Below are positions 61,863-64,000 of a DNA stretch of 64,000 nucleotides, one piece after another. Made by a program: the position numbers and the translations under genes. This stretch comes from Verrucomicrobiia bacterium (lineage in GTDB: Bacteria; Verrucomicrobiota; Verrucomicrobiia; Limisphaerales; UBA1319). The notes below the pieces were generated by a model. It was not told the origin of the DNA. It worked only from the letters and a program-made list of their open reading frames with translations, and did no database searches. Location of the stretch: positions 64,001-128,000 of the forward strand of contig OY760937.1 in the NCBI GenBank assembly GCA_963664225.1, written 5' to 3'. Within the stretch, counting starts at the first letter, position 1, and each line of letters opens with the position of its first letter.

Positions 61863-62690
61863 TTACACAGCGGCCGAGGCCGAGGGGGCCTGGGGCGGAG
61901 GCGTTGCGAGGGCGGCCAGGGCTTCAATGCCGGGGGCGGCCGCAACGGGAACCTCGGGCGCGACGGGAGCAGGCTCCACGTTTTTGCGGCGGGTGTTCTT
62001 GGCGTCGAATTCGGCTTTGGCCAGGGTGATCGTTTGAACGACCGTGGCCAGAATAAGACGGACGGAACGGATCGCGTCGTCATTTCCGGCGATGGGATAA
62101 TCGGCCAGATCGGGATCGCAGTTGGTATCGACGATGGCGGCGATGGGGATGCTCAGGCGGCGGCCTTCAGCCACGGCGTTGTGCTCGCGCTTGAGGTCAA
62201 TGATGAACATCATGGCGGGCATCTGATCCATGTCGCGGATACCGTCCAGGTTCTTGTGCAGGCGGGCGGCTTCTCGGCGGATGGCGGATTGCTCCTGTTT
62301 GACGTAGGCGTTGATGTTGCCGGTCGATTCCAGGCGCTCAATTTCCTTGAGGCGGTTGATGGATTTCCGAATGGTCTTTAAATTGGTCATGGTGCCGCCC
62401 AGCCACCGTTCGGTCACATAGTATTGACCACACGCAATGGCGGCTTCTTTGACGGCTTCCTGGGCCTGCTTCTTGGTGCCGACGAACAGGACTTTGCCAC
62501 CTTTGGCGACCGCTTTGGAAAGCTGGTTGCAGGCGGTTTCCAGTTGGGTCAATGATTTGCCCAAGTCGATGATGTGGATGCCGTTGCGAGCTTCGAAGAT
62601 GAATTGCTTCATCTTGGGATTCCAACGTTTGGTTTGATGACCAAAATGCACTCCCGCGTCGAGCAATTCCTTAATACCTACACTAATCAT
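61863..62690 (-). CDS. rpsB: 30S ribosomal protein S2
   Basis: AGVHFGHQTKRWNPKM, RWLGGTMTN, GNDDAIRS. Confidence 0.98.
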   Translation of the reverse strand: MISVGIKELLDAGVHFGHQTKRWNPKMKQFIFEARNGIHIIDLGKSLTQLETACNQLSKAVAKGGKVLFVGTKKQAQEAVKEAAIACGQYYVTERWLGGTMTNLKTIRKSINRLKEIERLESTGNINAYVKQEQSAIRREAARLHKNLDGIRDMDQMPAMMFIIDLKREHNAVAEGRRLSIPIAAIVDTNCDPDLADYPIAGNDDAIRSVRLILATVVQTITLAKAEFDAKNTRRKNVEPAPVAPEVPVAAAPGIEALAALATPPPQAPSASAAV

Positions 62691-63022
62691 TATCTTTTAT
62701 TCCATTGGTTAAGAACCCGCAATATTACGAGTCATCCCGCGGAATTCGGGATTAATTCAGATGTTGTTATGGCCGCCAACCTTCACACGAAGACTGAACT
62801 TTTTAGGCCGTTTTCCCTTTCCGAATGGAACCACCGATATAGCTCCACTAGAAAGGAGGAGCCACATTAGGACTTAACGGGGCCTGATGCAAACTTATTT
62901 TTCCGGCAGGTTTAACCCGTTTTTTTGGGAGTTGCCGGGCCAATCCAAGTCCCTGATTCGAGCGTTGTCGTTCGGTGGGACAAATTGTCGCGGGTGGCAT
63001 GCGATGAATCGATGGTTTCCTG

Positions 63023-64000
63023 TTAATTGCCGGCCAACTTGCGAATGACTTCCTGCTGCATCTCCGGGGAGAAATGGTTGTAGTCCGGCATTTCGACGTA
63101 GGAGAGTTTATCGTCGGCATCCAGGAATCCGTATCCCTTGTGGGCTTCGTCGAGGCATTGCAGGATGTCCGCCCGGGTTGCCTGGTAATCGACCTGGGGC
63201 AGGACGATGAGGACGGGCCGGGGAGCGATGAGGCCCAGGACTTCGTGGTAATCGTAGGGGATGTGGTCTTCGTGGCCGACAAAAGCGCCGAGGCGGGGAA
63301 TCCAGGGAAGCCATTGGGCCCAACGGCCGACGCCGCCGGTGCCTTTGTCCGGGGTGTCCAGACGCATGGGTGTAAAACCGGCCACGGAAACGACGCCTGC
63401 AATCCGGTCGTCGAGGGCGGCTGCATGAAGGGCGGCCATGCCTCCGGTGGCGTAGCCCAGTGCCCAGATTCGGCGGCCATCCACGAAGGGCACATGTTTG
63501 AGCAAGGTTACCGCCGCCTGAGTGTCGGCAACGGTCCGGCCCAGAATGGACCAGTGGGGGTGGCGCACGTAAAACCGCTGCATTTCCTCGATCCGGCCGC
63601 CGCAGCCTATTTGGTCGAAGGCGAATACCACGAACCCGGCTTTCGCGAAGGTGATGGGAACGGATTCTCCCCGGCGATAGGTGGGGGAGTAACCGCCTGC
63701 ATTGTGGAAGGGATGCAGCCAGATGATTGCGGGCAGGGGAGCGGTGTTGGTAATGCCTGCGGGGTAATAAAGGTCGCCATTGAGGTTGTTGCCAAAATTG
63801 ATCGATTCTTTGACCACGTCGTTTCCCGGGGTTGGCCGGTTCAGGAGCATGGCTGCGGCGCGGGTTTCGGCACCGTAAGCGCCACCGGGGTTTTCGGCCA
63901 TGGCCGGAGCATCGCCCAGGGTCCACAGGATGCGCTGGCGAATGTCGGCGCATTTGGCCTTCCATTGATCCTTGCTGATGATGGGTTTGCCGCTGGCCGT
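63023..64000 (-). CDS. Alpha/beta hydrolase-fold protein (dienelactone hydrolase/acetyl xylan esterase-like), 5' end outside the window
   Basis: Frame open from 64000; PAIIWLHP, GFVVFAFDQIG, VDGRRIWALGYATGG, LIAPRP. Confidence 0.85.
   Translation of the reverse strand, partial: TASGKPIISKDQWKAKCADIRQRILWTLGDAPAMAENPGGAYGAETRAAAMLLNRPTPGNDVVKESINFGNNLNGDLYYPAGITNTAPLPAIIWLHPFHNAGGYSPTYRRGESVPITFAKAGFVVFAFDQIGCGGRIEEMQRFYVRHPHWSILGRTVADTQAAVTLLKHVPFVDGRRIWALGYATGGMAALHAAALDDRIAGVVSVAGFTPMRLDTPDKGTGGVGRWAQWLPWIPRLGAFVGHEDHIPYDYHEVLGLIAPRPVLIVLPQVDYQATRADILQCLDEAHKGYGFLDADDKLSYVEMPDYNHFSPEMQQEVIRKLAGN

Noticed and set aside
62700..62870. rpsB leader regulatory RNA
   Set aside because: The position is appropriate, but I cannot confirm the structure by eye; needs a covariance model search.

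Overview
Bacterial chromosome window, most consistent with Verrucomicrobiota (Pedosphaerales-like), judged from H-X9-DG pseudopilins, TN-rich giant secreted proteins and the short atpH/atpE types. 1-28 kb: the tail of a probable secretin, a stand-alone 5'-3' exonuclease, then a ~27 kb co-oriented cluster of six secreted proteins (two giant paralogous Calx-beta/Delta-60 proteins and a kexin-like S8 protease among them); five of the six end in a shared ~65-aa C-terminal domain. 28-46.5 kb: pseudopilins, DUF2062, a full-length group II intron whose EBS1/EBS2 match the terminal inverted repeat of the 164-bp MITE it sits against, M16 and S41 proteases, a sialate O-acetylesterase, tRNA-Arg(ACG), hydrolases and an ECF sigma factor with a C-terminal extension. 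46.6-53.2 kb: two tandem transposase-less elements (6200 bp and 320 bp) bounded by the same 18-bp terminal inverted repeats and three copies of a 9-bp target duplication; the large one carries an orphan Rhs toxin/immunity pair and nested REP/MITE-like modules. 53.3-64 kb: atpBEFHA (no atpGDC), rhomboid, metF, an RRM protein, frr-pyrH-tsf-rpsB and a partial hydrolase. All calls come from reading motifs by eye; no database searches were run, and several start codons are my estimates.
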